A DNA stretch of 32,000 bases from the NCBI RefSeq assembly GCF_003367075.2, contig NZ_CP065936.1, positions 300,001 to 332,000 on the forward strand, in the 5' to 3' direction. Each line of letters starts with the position of its first letter. Position 1 is the first letter of the stretch. Source of the stretch: Cylindrospermopsis raciborskii Cr2010 (GTDB taxonomy: Bacteria; Cyanobacteriota; Cyanobacteriia; Cyanobacteriales; Nostocaceae). Shown here piece by piece: positions 1 through 9,458 of the stretch. Below the pieces are notes generated by a model that saw only the letters and a program-made list of their open reading frames with translations, ran no database searches and was not told the origin of the DNA. The translations under genes and the position numbers were made by a program.

Positions 1-1
1 A

Positions 2-85
2 ATTCCCAAAACTGCTGTGGTGCGACCAGCAAAAATTGAGGAAATAGACTATATTCAAGAGGAGATGGAGTTTGAGGGGAATTAG
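2..85 (+). CDS. C-terminal tail of a CDS entering from outside the window (partial, product unknown)
   Basis: Frame 2 is open from the window edge to TAG at 83-85, encoding IPKTAVVRPAKIEEIDYIQEEMEFEGN*. It converges with the helicase gene ending at 90. Confidence 0.4.
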   Translation: MPKTAVVRPAKIEEIDYIQEEMEFEGN

Positions 86-89
86 GCAA

Positions 90-2441
90 TTAGGCGATCG
101 CATTGAGAGCTGTAAATACTGGAGATGGCAAAAGGTCTTGCAAACTATGTGGTTTTGTCCATGTGAAGGGTGCTCTTTTCGCAGCGGACATCCAGAGGAG
201 TTTTTTTGCTCTGGTCATGGCTACATATAGTAATCTGTATTCCTCTGCTAGTTTTAAATCTTTAGCTTCTTCCCATGCTTGTTTAAGCTCAAAAAGACTT
301 TTGTTTGAGTTGTGATTGACATTTTGCTGGAAATTATTCATGGTTTCTGTCCCTTGATGGAGTGCAGTGCGAATTTGGGCGCGAGCAACTTCTGCTAGGC
401 TAAAATCACCTAAGAATTGACTTTGGGGTTTTACCCACAATTTGCCAGGAATTAGATTTTCATGCAAAAAGGGTAGGAACACATAGTCCCAGTCTAGACC
501 TTTGGCTTTGTGCATGGTGATAATTGTTAACTGACCTTTTTTTATATATTTATCTTCATGGTTTTCTGTATCCACCGCTTCAAATTTTTCCGAATTGACT
601 ATTTCCACTAATGCATGAATTAGGGAACTTCTCGATCTATCCCCGGTAATTTGGAGATTAACTTTTTCTGCTAATTTATCTGCTGTAGCTAACTCCCCTT
701 GATCATAGTTTAGACTTGAGGCCAAAAAGTAAATTATCTGATATACTGGTATTTCCCATGCTCCTTGCAATAAGTTCCTACATTGTTGAGCAGCTTCCTT
801 AACTACTTGTGTTTGCACCTTAGTGAACGGTGTAGGATATAAAAATTCCTCGGGTAAAATTGCCAAGCTATTAACGTCTTGAGCAGCTATTAATTGTCTT
901 TGCATCAGCACGGTTAATGCAGTTTTTAAAAAATCCTGGGAATGGGGGCGATCGCAAAACTGCAATAAAGCTAAGATTTCTTTTGGTACTTGGGAACGTC
1001 TTTCTGTTTCTGCTACCTCATATAGTTCGATATGATGCTGGTTACATATTGGTTCTATATTTTCTGCTAACCATTTACCTTGGCGATTTTCTCTCACTAA
1101 TATAGCAGCAGTACCTACATTAGTTTTGAATAGTTCTACAATCTTTTGACCTATCAGTTCAACAGTGTGATGAATGTCATCAGGTGTATGTAGTTCCAAT
1201 CCTTTTCCTACAGGTGCAGGATTGGCATCGGTTTGCGGATCACCAATATTGACGACTTGAATTTTCTGATTTAGGAATGGTGGTTTTTTTGGTGAATGAT
1301 TTTGTAGATTCCTTTTGGACCATTGGTGATTTACCCATTCCAGAACAAAGTTAGCCGCATCAATAATAATTCTACTACTGCGTCCAGCTTGGTTCATAGT
1401 TGCCAGTCTTTGTTCCCCAGCACATTGTTCACAAAATTCCCGAAAATAAATGGGATCTGCAGGCGTAAAAGTGGAATTAATAGCTTGATTAGAATCACCA
1501 ACCCTGACCAAATTCAAGGTTGTTTTTCCTCCGTTGCTATCTTTTCTTTCTGCCAATATTTCTAATAGTTGAGTTTGTAGCTGACTAGAGTCTTGTGCTT
1601 CGTCTTCAAAAACTGCAAAAATCTTATTTTTTTCAATTCGTAACGCACTGGGATTTTTGAAAACTTCTAAAGCTGCCAAAATCATATCATCATAATCAAT
1701 CAAACCTTGGGACTTCATTAACTTTTCATACTCCTCATATAGTCCCGCTGCAATCCGCAAAATTTGATAGGAGTTTTGAGTTTTCTCACTCCATTGATAG
1801 AGAGTTTCCGGTACAATCCCAGAACTTTTAGCCTCATGAATTGTGGTATAAGCTAAATCTGGCAAAATCTCCGTTCTTAAAACCGATTGACGACGCAGTT
1901 TCTCCGTTTCTTCCCCATCAAATTGGTGTCCTTCTAATAAACGATAATACATGGTGGGATGCTTGCTAATCCACTGCTCTACAGCTATACTAATTAAACG
2001 ATGACTCCGATTAGGAGTAATTAACTTCACCTGGTCTAACTCCAAACCAGACAGTTGGGGATAACGAGTGGCAATATTTAAAGCCAAACCATGTAATGTA
2101 TAAACCACAAACCCCTTTTGTGGTAGAGATAGTTCCCGCAATTTTTCACAAATCTTTAATTTCAGGTTCATAGCAGCTGACTTGGTAAAAGTCACTAGGA
2201 CTAATTGGGAACGGGAGTGGGAGTAATACTGACGCGCTATGGCAATAGCTGCTGCACTAGCCATTCCCGTAGATTTACCCGCACCAGGGACAGCGGAAAC
2301 AGCTAATGGTCCCCCCAACCAATCAGCCATTTGCACCTGTCCAGGACGCAATTTTTGCCGAATCTGTTGGATTTTGACCTCTAGTCTATGTTCTCTATCT
2401 TGAGAGTCCCATTTTTCACTATTTAAATTCTCAAGTTGCAT
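90..2441 (-). CDS. UvrD/Rep-family (SF1) ATP-dependent DNA helicase
   Basis: 783 aa with Walker A-like SAVPGAGKST, Walker B-like FAVFEDEAQD, ITMHKAKGLDWDYVFLP and the C-terminal YRLLYVAMTRAKK motif, all typical of UvrD/PcrA helicases. Confidence 0.93.
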   Translation of the reverse strand: MQLENLNSEKWDSQDREHRLEVKIQQIRQKLRPGQVQMADWLGGPLAVSAVPGAGKSTGMASAAAIAIARQYYSHSRSQLVLVTFTKSAAMNLKLKICEKLRELSLPQKGFVVYTLHGLALNIATRYPQLSGLELDQVKLITPNRSHRLISIAVEQWISKHPTMYYRLLEGHQFDGEETEKLRRQSVLRTEILPDLAYTTIHEAKSSGIVPETLYQWSEKTQNSYQILRIAAGLYEEYEKLMKSQGLIDYDDMILAALEVFKNPSALRIEKNKIFAVFEDEAQDSSQLQTQLLEILAERKDSNGGKTTLNLVRVGDSNQAINSTFTPADPIYFREFCEQCAGEQRLATMNQAGRSSRIIIDAANFVLEWVNHQWSKRNLQNHSPKKPPFLNQKIQVVNIGDPQTDANPAPVGKGLELHTPDDIHHTVELIGQKIVELFKTNVGTAAILVRENRQGKWLAENIEPICNQHHIELYEVAETERRSQVPKEILALLQFCDRPHSQDFLKTALTVLMQRQLIAAQDVNSLAILPEEFLYPTPFTKVQTQVVKEAAQQCRNLLQGAWEIPVYQIIYFLASSLNYDQGELATADKLAEKVNLQITGDRSRSSLIHALVEIVNSEKFEAVDTENHEDKYIKKGQLTIITMHKAKGLDWDYVFLPFLHENLIPGKLWVKPQSQFLGDFSLAEVARAQIRTALHQGTETMNNFQQNVNHNSNKSLFELKQAWEEAKDLKLAEEYRLLYVAMTRAKKLLWMSAAKRAPFTWTKPHSLQDLLPSPVFTALNAIA

Positions 2442-2562
2442 GGATTTGCTCTGATGATTCTGAATCTTAATCGCGGGTTAAGTAGGGAGGCACAATTATT
2501 TAATTCCACCCACCCACTTAATTTTATTGTGATTTGTTTATTGCTCACATCACCCCAATTCT

Positions 2563-3225
2563 TTAGTGGAGATTGAGATGGTTGGTAACAATCTTTTTGA
2601 GGATTTTTAGGATGATTTCTCCCTCATTTTTGGAACTATATTCCCTAGAAAACTCCAGTTCCATTCTTAACTTTTCAGATTCCATACCTTCAATTTTAGC
2701 ATGGACAAAAGTCCAAACATCAGCAATCGTATAACACCCATATACTTCTTGGGGATCTTGTCTATCCTCTTGCCAATTCAATCTTCCAGCTGTTAGCAGT
2801 TGGCCATATAATTGGGATAGAGGATTTTGATTATCTAAACCCTTTTTCGCTTCCACCACCACCAGGTATGGAACTTCTACACTATCAACCACGCTCCTAG
2901 CTAGTAAACCATCAGCAATTCCTTCTAATTCAAATTGGGGATATTTTGCCTGCAACAATACTTCCGCTAATGCTTGAATTTTACCCCTTTCTGCTAACAG
3001 TAAAAAGGGGTAAATTCCCCTAGCCCAAATGGTGGCTTCATTCATTAAATGAATAGAATAATTTAATAAATGAGATTGTATATAGCCCACCTGTTGCTGT
3101 TCATCTTGAGTTATGGTTATACTCTCAAGGTCTAACCATTCATAACTCCCAATTCCCTTTTCGTCTAATTGCACAAATCTTTTTAAATCAGATTTAGAAA
3201 TCTTGGACAGGGTCAACTTTTCCAT
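2563..3225 (-). CDS. Conserved hypothetical protein with a possible PD-(D/E)XK nuclease-like core
   Basis: 220 aa. The pattern ELEGIADGLLA...VPYLVVVEAKKG resembles the D...ExK active-site arrangement, followed by a Q-rich LSQLYGQLL helix. Confidence 0.6.
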   Translation of the reverse strand: MEKLTLSKISKSDLKRFVQLDEKGIGSYEWLDLESITITQDEQQQVGYIQSHLLNYSIHLMNEATIWARGIYPFLLLAERGKIQALAEVLLQAKYPQFELEGIADGLLARSVVDSVEVPYLVVVEAKKGLDNQNPLSQLYGQLLTAGRLNWQEDRQDPQEVYGCYTIADVWTFVHAKIEGMESEKLRMELEFSREYSSKNEGEIILKILKKIVTNHLNLH

Positions 3226-3231
3226 ATCTCA

Positions 3232-4323
3232 TCACTCATCAATTTGCCAACTATCTTTGGTAAAATCTTCGTCTAAAACTTTTTTAGGACGTAAAATGAC
3301 AATTATGCGTCCTAATATTGTCTGCTCTGGTTGAGTTTCAAACCACTGAAAATCCACTTCTCCATCATTGTCAAAGGCAAAATAACTCCCGTCATCCCAA
3401 TCTCTTTCATCTCTATCTATCACAATTAGAATTTGTTCGGTTTTGCCAGATTTGCTCTGGGGAAAAATGTTGCTCTCCCCAATTATCACTATTGGATCTT
3501 CCGCAGAACGCAACACTTGCCATCCCGGTAATGCTACCCAAGCTTGCTCACCAGCAAATTTAACTATGTTAAAAGGGGCCTCTTCTATAATTAGGGGTAC
3601 TGACTTGACATCCTCTGGGGTTAGGGGTAATTCTCCTACCACGGGAACTAATCTGGGCAGTTCTTCATCGGACTCTAGTCGAAAATAGGGAAGCAAGGGC
3701 GCATTGCGCTGGGGAACAATGGTAAAGTCTGTTAGTAATTGTTCAATCTGTTTTCTGGCTGTACTCGATTGCACAAAACGCAATCCTTTGGCAATTAAAC
3801 GGGATCTCTCTTGCAGGTCTGAGTTTTGTCTGGCCAGTTTCCAGCATTGGTAAGCAATAGCGTCTCCAGGATGGGTACTGAATCCTTCCGGGGGAGTGGA
3901 AAATCGGGAGAAGTCTTTAATAGCTTTAGCAATTTCTCTTGCTTCATCCACATCCAGTTTATGGGCAAAAATTAAATCCGCAGCTGTCGCTCTATCTCCC
4001 TGGGTTAATAGTCTCAGTTCGTAAAGAATGTCACTGGCTCTTGTTCCGTAGTAGGTTTTGGTAGCTTCTGATGCGCCGAATTTTTCTAGGGAGCTGTAAA
4101 CCTGTGCACCAACAACCACCTGATTTTGCTGAATCGGTTCAAATCCTGTAGCTTCAAAAATATCCTGGGGATTATAGCCATTTTTTTGTAAATGGGCGAT
4201 CGCATTTCCCCACTCTACCCAATTACCTTTTTTCTGTCTCAGTTTTACTAGTAATTCTTCAGCTGTATTATCTGTGTTCTGAATATTTCCCTGGTGGTTT
4301 TCTCTGTTGGAAGATTGGGTCAT
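3232..4323 (-). CDS. raf1: RuBisCO accumulation factor 1 (Raf1), RuBisCO assembly chaperone
   Basis: 363 aa. The N-terminal helical domain (LLVKLRQKKGNWVEWGNAIAHLQKNGYNPQDIFEATGFEPIQQNQVVVGAQVYSSL) and C-terminal beta domain match the cyanobacterial Raf1 layout. Confidence 0.85.
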   Translation of the reverse strand: MTQSSNRENHQGNIQNTDNTAEELLVKLRQKKGNWVEWGNAIAHLQKNGYNPQDIFEATGFEPIQQNQVVVGAQVYSSLEKFGASEATKTYYGTRASDILYELRLLTQGDRATAADLIFAHKLDVDEAREIAKAIKDFSRFSTPPEGFSTHPGDAIAYQCWKLARQNSDLQERSRLIAKGLRFVQSSTARKQIEQLLTDFTIVPQRNAPLLPYFRLESDEELPRLVPVVGELPLTPEDVKSVPLIIEEAPFNIVKFAGEQAWVALPGWQVLRSAEDPIVIIGESNIFPQSKSGKTEQILIVIDRDERDWDDGSYFAFDNDGEVDFQWFETQPEQTILGRIIVILRPKKVLDEDFTKDSWQIDE

Positions 4324-4441
4324 AAGTTACTCTTGTTGTTTTCACCTAGTTTATCCTAATCAACTTTTTTAAAATTTTAAAATAATTAAAATAAGTATAA
4401 AAAAGAACTGCTCCCTATTTTATTACAATCTATTTAATAAG

Positions 4442-5092
4442 TCAAGTGGACAATTGATGGCGCAGGTTGCGTAACATACTGCTTGTTCCCCGTTTAATCG
4501 CTTGTTGTACTAACTCTGGAATGAGATCTGTAATACTCAGGGATGGAAAGACTCGACTGGTGGTACTCTTTTGATAGTTGTTTTTTTCTAGCAGGTAAAT
4601 TGTTAGGCGATCATTTTCATAAATCCAGATCTCAGGAACCTGTAGGGTCAAGTAGGTATCTAATGTGGTTTGAGAGGTAAGGTCACTCTCAATTGCTAAG
4701 TCTGGTGGCGGATCCGTTTCCATATTCATTCGCATCAAGGAGCGAACCCGATCCGCATTCTCTATATAAAAACAGGTATCTGGTTCCAGACCTGCTTGTT
4801 CTGGCTTTTTAAAGGTGGTAGAGCCAAAATCTTCCCAAGGTCTGTTTTCAGCATCTAATAGGGTTTTGACAATATCAGAAATAATGCGGTGAGGACGTTC
4901 ATGAGCAGGAAGGGGAGACATAATTTCTAGGGTTCCATTGCAATAGTTCATTCGGGGCACTTGGCGTTCATCCCCCCACTCTTTATATAAAGCTTCATAT
5001 TGCTCCCAAGTAACATCGTGAATCAACAAGTGACTACCCGGTGCAATTTCAATGGTAGTGATTGGCAATTTGACCAGATTAAGTGTAGTCAT
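4442..5092 (-). CDS. Uma2-family protein (DUF820, PD-(D/E)XK superfamily)
   Basis: 216 aa with WEQYEALYKEWGD, PLPAHERPHRIISDIV, LEPDTCFYI and PPPDLAIESDLTS, typical of cyanobacterial Uma2/DUF820 proteins. Confidence 0.88.
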   Translation of the reverse strand: MTTLNLVKLPITTIEIAPGSHLLIHDVTWEQYEALYKEWGDERQVPRMNYCNGTLEIMSPLPAHERPHRIISDIVKTLLDAENRPWEDFGSTTFKKPEQAGLEPDTCFYIENADRVRSLMRMNMETDPPPDLAIESDLTSQTTLDTYLTLQVPEIWIYENDRLTIYLLEKNNYQKSTTSRVFPSLSITDLIPELVQQAIKRGTSSMLRNLRHQLST

Positions 5093-5133
5093 GATATTTT
5101 GTTTGTGGAACCAGATTTTGTCGTTATCTTATC

Positions 5134-5916
5134 CTATGTTAACAGAGTGACCTTAAATTCTTCCCCAATTTCTTCAAAGAGTACATCCTTGCCAAGTTTT
5201 TTCGCTTCTTGATAAACCATAGGTAAACCTCTGCCCAATTTATCTATATATCTGAGGTTTTCCATAAATTTAACAATAACCGGATTTATAGAGTAAGACA
5301 CTCCAAACCTCAGTTTATCAATAGTGACCGTGTTTGGTAATTTCCCCGGGCTCATAAACTCTATCCGGTTATCAAACATAAAAATTCGGATCCTGGAACC
5401 GGTTATAGAATAATTACGATGCACACAAGCATTGACAATCAATTCCCGAAACACTTTGTCAGGATATTTTATCCTTTCATCTCTCCTGGTTCCCAAAATA
5501 GATGATGGGGTCAGAATATTGTTTTTGATTATTTGTAATGCTGCTTGTACCTGATCTGGCAGTGATCCTTCAATATTTTTTTTGTCTATTAACTCTTCTG
5601 AGATTGTATCTCCTAGAAAGTGGGCAAATGAGATAGAAGCATTATGGAAAATCCGCTGGGGATTAATGCCAAAGACCAAAAGACCACCAACTGTCACTTG
5701 CTCGTTTTCCGCAATGATATCAGTGTTTTTTAACAGTGTTATTTTCTCTTCCTGTTCCATTTCCATATAGTGGACATCATAACTGTGGAAATATCGATCA
5801 ATGGCATTGTGATTGAGATAAGACGGATTGGTATTGTCAACTGCTGTGACATCAAAGTGATAAAGTCCACTTTGCTGAAATAGTCTCATTAGTTCAATGA
5901 TATAGTTGATGTCCAT
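5134..5916 (-). pseudogene. C-terminal part of an ATP-binding/RecG-like (AlbA_2-family) protein, probably N-terminally truncated
   Basis: Contains HATPase_c_4-like segments (VFRELIVNACVHRNYSITGSRIRIFMFDNRIEFMSPGKLP, LRYIDKLGRGLPMV). The ORF starts at LMRLFQQSGLYHFDVTAV, where homologs normally have an AlbA_2/Schlafen-like domain upstream. An in-frame stop lies just upstream of the ATG. Confidence 0.6.
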
Positions 5917-5952
5917 AATAGTTCTTAATCTCTATCAGTTATATTAAATTAA

Positions 5953-6399
5953 CTATGGCAAATATTCTGGATTGAGCACGTCTTTGGGATCAAAGGGACA
6001 TTCTTGGGGAAATACCTCCAGTTCTAAACCAGTTTCCCGGGAAGCGATGAGTCGAGCATCGCTGTAACACTCGTCAAAAACCTGGGCAAAATATGGTCGC
6101 AAGCTAGGACTTTTCTTAAAAGCTCTATTTAAACGCAGACTATGTTCAGTAATTGATGCCCGCCAGCTATCAGTACGTTTATGCTTTTGATATTTCCACT
6201 TGAGTAAGTGCTGAAGCACCCGGATTAAATTGCTTTCTAAAGCATCTTTTTGACTATTGCCCATGTCTTCCAGTTCTTCAATGAGATGGGGAATTTCTTT
6301 GGGGTCTAACTTACTTAATTGCAAAGCTTGTATGGTTTCCTGAATCCAAAGATAAAAGTCTTGGTCGTAAACTGATGTGTTTCTATTCGATGTAGACAT
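5953..6399 (-). CDS. DUF29 domain-containing protein
   Basis: 148 aa with YDQDFYLWIQETIQALQ...HLIEELEDMGNSQKDALESNLIRVLQHLLKWKYQ, a diagnostic DUF29 pattern. Confidence 0.92.
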   Translation of the reverse strand: MSTSNRNTSVYDQDFYLWIQETIQALQLSKLDPKEIPHLIEELEDMGNSQKDALESNLIRVLQHLLKWKYQKHKRTDSWRASITEHSLRLNRAFKKSPSLRPYFAQVFDECYSDARLIASRETGLELEVFPQECPFDPKDVLNPEYLP

Positions 6400-6524
6400 C
6401 TTTAAATTACCTGAAAGATTATTAAGCTTTACTGGTTGTATTTTATATATTAAATTTTATATATTAATTATATATTAAATTTTTTAACACCTACATTAAC
6501 ACAGCTCCCAATTTTTGACAAGGT

Positions 6525-6566
6525 GCGATCGCAGATAAATTCCCATTCTTTTAAACGAGCGATCGC
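6525..6566. repeat. Two HIP1 octamers (GCGATCGC) 34 bp apart upstream of menG
   Basis: GCGATCGC at 6525-6532 and 6559-6566. Confidence 0.9.
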
Positions 6567-6669
6567 TACCAAGACAATTCATGTTATATTGAGACTGGAT
6601 TCGATTTCATTACCAAAAGTAGTTTGTTTTGTTTTAAATTTTAAATCTCCCAATTTTTTTCCGCCACCA

Positions 6670-7362
6670 ATGAAGCAAGGAATTCGTGATATTTTTGACC
6701 GTATTGCTCCTGTGTACGATCAACTTAATGATCGGCTAAGCCTGGGACAACACCGCATCTGGAAGGAAATGACTGTGAAATGGAGTGGTGTGAAACCAGG
6801 AGATACTTGTTTAGATTTATGCTGTGGTAGTGGGGATTTAACCTTTCGTTTGGCTCGACGTGCAGGAATTGCTGGTAGAGTATATGGTGTGGATTTCTCT
6901 AATAATTTACTTAATGCTGCTAAAAACCGCCAGAAATTATCCCAGAACCCATATTCTATCACCTGGACAGAAGCAGATGTGCTGAGTCTTCCCTTTGCAG
7001 ATGATCAATTTGACGTTGTGACCATGGGTTATGGTTTAAGAAATGTGACAGATATCACCCGCAGTTTACAGGAAATCTATCGAGTGCTAAAACCTGGGGG
7101 TAGGGCGGCAATTTTGGATTTTCATCGTCCTGATGACCACATCTGGAGGACCTTTCAACAATGGTATTTAGATTATCTGGTTGTTCCCCTAGCCACTAAT
7201 TTGGGTGTAAGGGAAGAATATGCTTACATCAGTCCCAGTTTGCAGCGTTTTCCCAGGGGTAAAGAACAGGTTGCCCTAGCACGTCAAGTTGGGTTTGTCA
7301 ATGCTGTTCATTATCCAATTTCTAATGCTATGATGGGGGTATTAGTAATTGTCGTTCCCTAA
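6670..7362 (+). CDS. menG: 2-phytyl-1,4-naphthoquinone methyltransferase (UbiE/MenG family), phylloquinone biosynthesis
   Basis: MKQGIRDIFDRIAPVYDQLNDRLSLGQHRIWK, SAM motif LDLCCGSGDLTF, VTMGYGLRNV. The in-frame ATG at 6670 fits the family N-terminus better than the track start at 6523. Confidence 0.93.
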   Translation: MKQGIRDIFDRIAPVYDQLNDRLSLGQHRIWKEMTVKWSGVKPGDTCLDLCCGSGDLTFRLARRAGIAGRVYGVDFSNNLLNAAKNRQKLSQNPYSITWTEADVLSLPFADDQFDVVTMGYGLRNVTDITRSLQEIYRVLKPGGRAAILDFHRPDDHIWRTFQQWYLDYLVVPLATNLGVREEYAYISPSLQRFPRGKEQVALARQVGFVNAVHYPISNAMMGVLVIVVP

Positions 7363-7383
7363 TCGAACTGATTCCAAAATCCT

Positions 7384-8619
7384 GTGGATTGGTCACATCT
7401 TTGGCTTTATATATCACCTCCCGTCCTGGGTGGTGTAATTGGCTATTTCACTAATGATATAGCCATTAAAATGCTTTTCCGTCCCTACAGACCCGTCTAT
7501 GTTCTGGGACGTAAGTTACCTTTTACTCCTGGTTTGATTCCCAGTAATCAAGAGCGATTGGGAAACAATATTGCCCATGCTATCATGGGTTCCCTCCTAA
7601 CTCCAGACGAATTACATAAATTGGCTGGACGACTTTTGGCAACTGACCGGGTCAAAGCTGCTATCCTATGGTTGTTGCAATTGGCACTAGCCCAAATTAA
7701 ACAGGAAAAAAATCAGAAAACTGCTCAGATCTTGGCGGGAATTTTGCGCGATTTATTGGGGGATTCTCTTCCCCGTCTGTTAAGAGTGTTAGCTCGTAAA
7801 GAAGATTTTCTAGAAGTACAAATTAATCAAGTTTTTGACCGTCTAATATTAGAGTTTAGACTAAACGAAGAACAGGCTATTTGGTTAGCTGACTGGTTAC
7901 TGAAGGTTGCTTTTCCACCGGATGTGTTAAGACAAGCAATAATTAATTTTCTCACAGATAAAACTATTCAAACTATTGATGATAGCTTTAGAGAAAAAAC
8001 TAGTGGTACTTACTGGGTGGTAGCTAATCTTTTCGGTTTACGAAATACTCTTACCCGACTCAGAAGTTTTTGTTTGGATGAGAAGGAATTGACTAATCAA
8101 CGACTGCAAGAGTTAGTTCAAGACCTACAATTGGGCGATCGCCTGAAAAAGCTATTACAGGATTTATCCCTGCAAAATTTGCCCATTGGCACAGTTCGTG
8201 AATTAAGAAAGAGTGTAAAAGAGAGCATAAGATATTATCTGCGAGACACTGGCAGTAACCTGATACAGGAAGTAACAGAATCAGCGGAATGGGAAAAAAT
8301 TTCCATGCTTCTACTAAATCGTCTGCGCGATTCAGCCATTGTTAACAGTTCCCTAGAGTCTGTGGCTCAAGAGTTAGCCCTAATCTTAGACAAGTATTTA
8401 GAAAAAGACCTAGAAACCATTGTAGCGCAAGCAATTCCAATTTTATCCCTGGATAAAGTTATTGTAGAAAAAGTGAAGGCCACCTCACCTGCTGACTTAG
8501 AAGCAGCTATTGAGGGGATTGTCAAGAACGAGTTACAGGCAATTGTGAATCTAGGAGGTATTTTAGGGTTAGGGGTGGGTCTGTTACAGGTAGGACTTCT
8601 CCTTCTAAACCAGGTCTAG
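7384..8619 (+). CDS. DUF445 domain-containing membrane protein
   Basis: 411 aa. The N-terminus [56 protein letters not shown] is the DUF445/YheB signature. A C-terminal hydrophobic segment is present. Confidence 0.9.
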   Translation: MDWSHLWLYISPPVLGGVIGYFTNDIAIKMLFRPYRPVYVLGRKLPFTPGLIPSNQERLGNNIAHAIMGSLLTPDELHKLAGRLLATDRVKAAILWLLQLALAQIKQEKNQKTAQILAGILRDLLGDSLPRLLRVLARKEDFLEVQINQVFDRLILEFRLNEEQAIWLADWLLKVAFPPDVLRQAIINFLTDKTIQTIDDSFREKTSGTYWVVANLFGLRNTLTRLRSFCLDEKELTNQRLQELVQDLQLGDRLKKLLQDLSLQNLPIGTVRELRKSVKESIRYYLRDTGSNLIQEVTESAEWEKISMLLLNRLRDSAIVNSSLESVAQELALILDKYLEKDLETIVAQAIPILSLDKVIVEKVKATSPADLEAAIEGIVKNELQAIVNLGGILGLGVGLLQVGLLLLNQV

Positions 8620-8760
8620 TCAGGGTTGGCATCAAAAAATGGAGAAGGAGGAGTAAGGAGGGGAAGATAGAGAAAAGGGGGATAGGTGGAGGGAAGAAGA
8701 TAAAGAAAATTAAAAAAAAAATTGTTAAGTTTTATTATGTAGACAATAATTGCATTTAAA

Positions 8761-9000
8761 GTGCTAAGATTTTATCCGAAGTCGTTAATGTTTATTGTGA
8801 ATTCCGTGGCTAGAGCAAGTACCGCAATTGGCGTAAGTCCAGTGATCAAAGAGACTGTGCAAAAACAGGCACATTCTACCCGTCTGACGTTAAAAGAGGT
8901 TATCCTCATGGGTATGTTGGCAATTGATAAGCTAGATGACCAAGGTCGTCAAGAGTTAGCTGATCAAGTGCACAAAATGCAAGTGGACGGCGAAATTTAA
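8761..9000 (+). CDS. Small hypothetical protein
   Basis: 79 aa ORF with a plausible helical C-terminal part (LTLKEVILMGMLAIDKLDDQGRQELADQVHKMQVDGEI). The start codon is uncertain and a later ATG may be used. Confidence 0.5.
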   Translation: MLRFYPKSLMFIVNSVARASTAIGVSPVIKETVQKQAHSTRLTLKEVILMGMLAIDKLDDQGRQELADQVHKMQVDGEI

Positions 9001-9283
9001 CTCGGACTAGTCTTGATTCCTGGGTGAAGACCAAGAATTAAGACTGTCATCAGGCTAATATCAAGTTAAAGTCGTATCTCCAGCAACCTCAAAGCAAATC
9101 CCAAGGAAATCTGGAATCAAAGTGATGAAATTTTGACTTTCCTGGGTTTAGTTTCATCAGTAGCTAGATTTCTTTGGGAACCATTTTAAGTAAGAAATAA
9201 CCTCAAAATTTTTAGGTGGAATAGCTACAGTCCTGACCAAAAACAGGTGCTAATTTGGGCGAATTCCTCCCAATAGTTTTAGC

Positions 9284-9364
9284 TTGTGCCGGGATCTAAA
9301 TGCGGCTATAAATATAAAGGCGCGTGGGACACACGCCCTCAAAGCTCAATCAATGTCTTCATAG
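9284..9364 (+). pseudogene. Remnant of the 3' end of a tnpB gene (IS200/IS605-IS607-type)
   Basis: In-frame LCRDLNAAINIKARGTHALKAQSMSS* contains the conserved TnpB/OrfB C-terminal RDxNAAxNI motif. The same frame meets a stop (TAA, 9251-9253) just upstream and no transposase body is present. Confidence 0.72.
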
Positions 9365-9380
9365 AAGAGTCGTTGAGAAG

Positions 9381-9409
9381 CCCACACTCACCTGTAAGGG
9401 AGTGTGTGG
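9381..9409 (+). repeat. Hairpin in a tnpB-associated right-end/omegaRNA-like position
   Basis: CCCACACTCACCTGTAAGGGAGTGTGTGG: 7-bp CACACTC/GAGTGTG stem (9383-9389 with 9400-9406) extended inward by CCT/AGG and outward by CC/GG with single-base bulges. It lies just 3' of the tnpB remnant. Confidence 0.55.
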
Positions 9410-9458
9410 AGTATGTCACTTATTGTTATTTTTCTGCTTTCCTTTTTCTCTATCAGGA

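Noticed and set aside
6449-6485. Direct-repeat-like TATATTAAATTTT sequence upstream of menG
   Set aside because: Low-complexity AT-rich DNA; too weak to distinguish from composition bias.
6523-6669. N-terminal extension of MenG
   Set aside because: It covers AT-rich intergenic DNA with two HIP1 sites. The methyltransferase family begins at MKQGIRDIFDRIAPVYD (6670).
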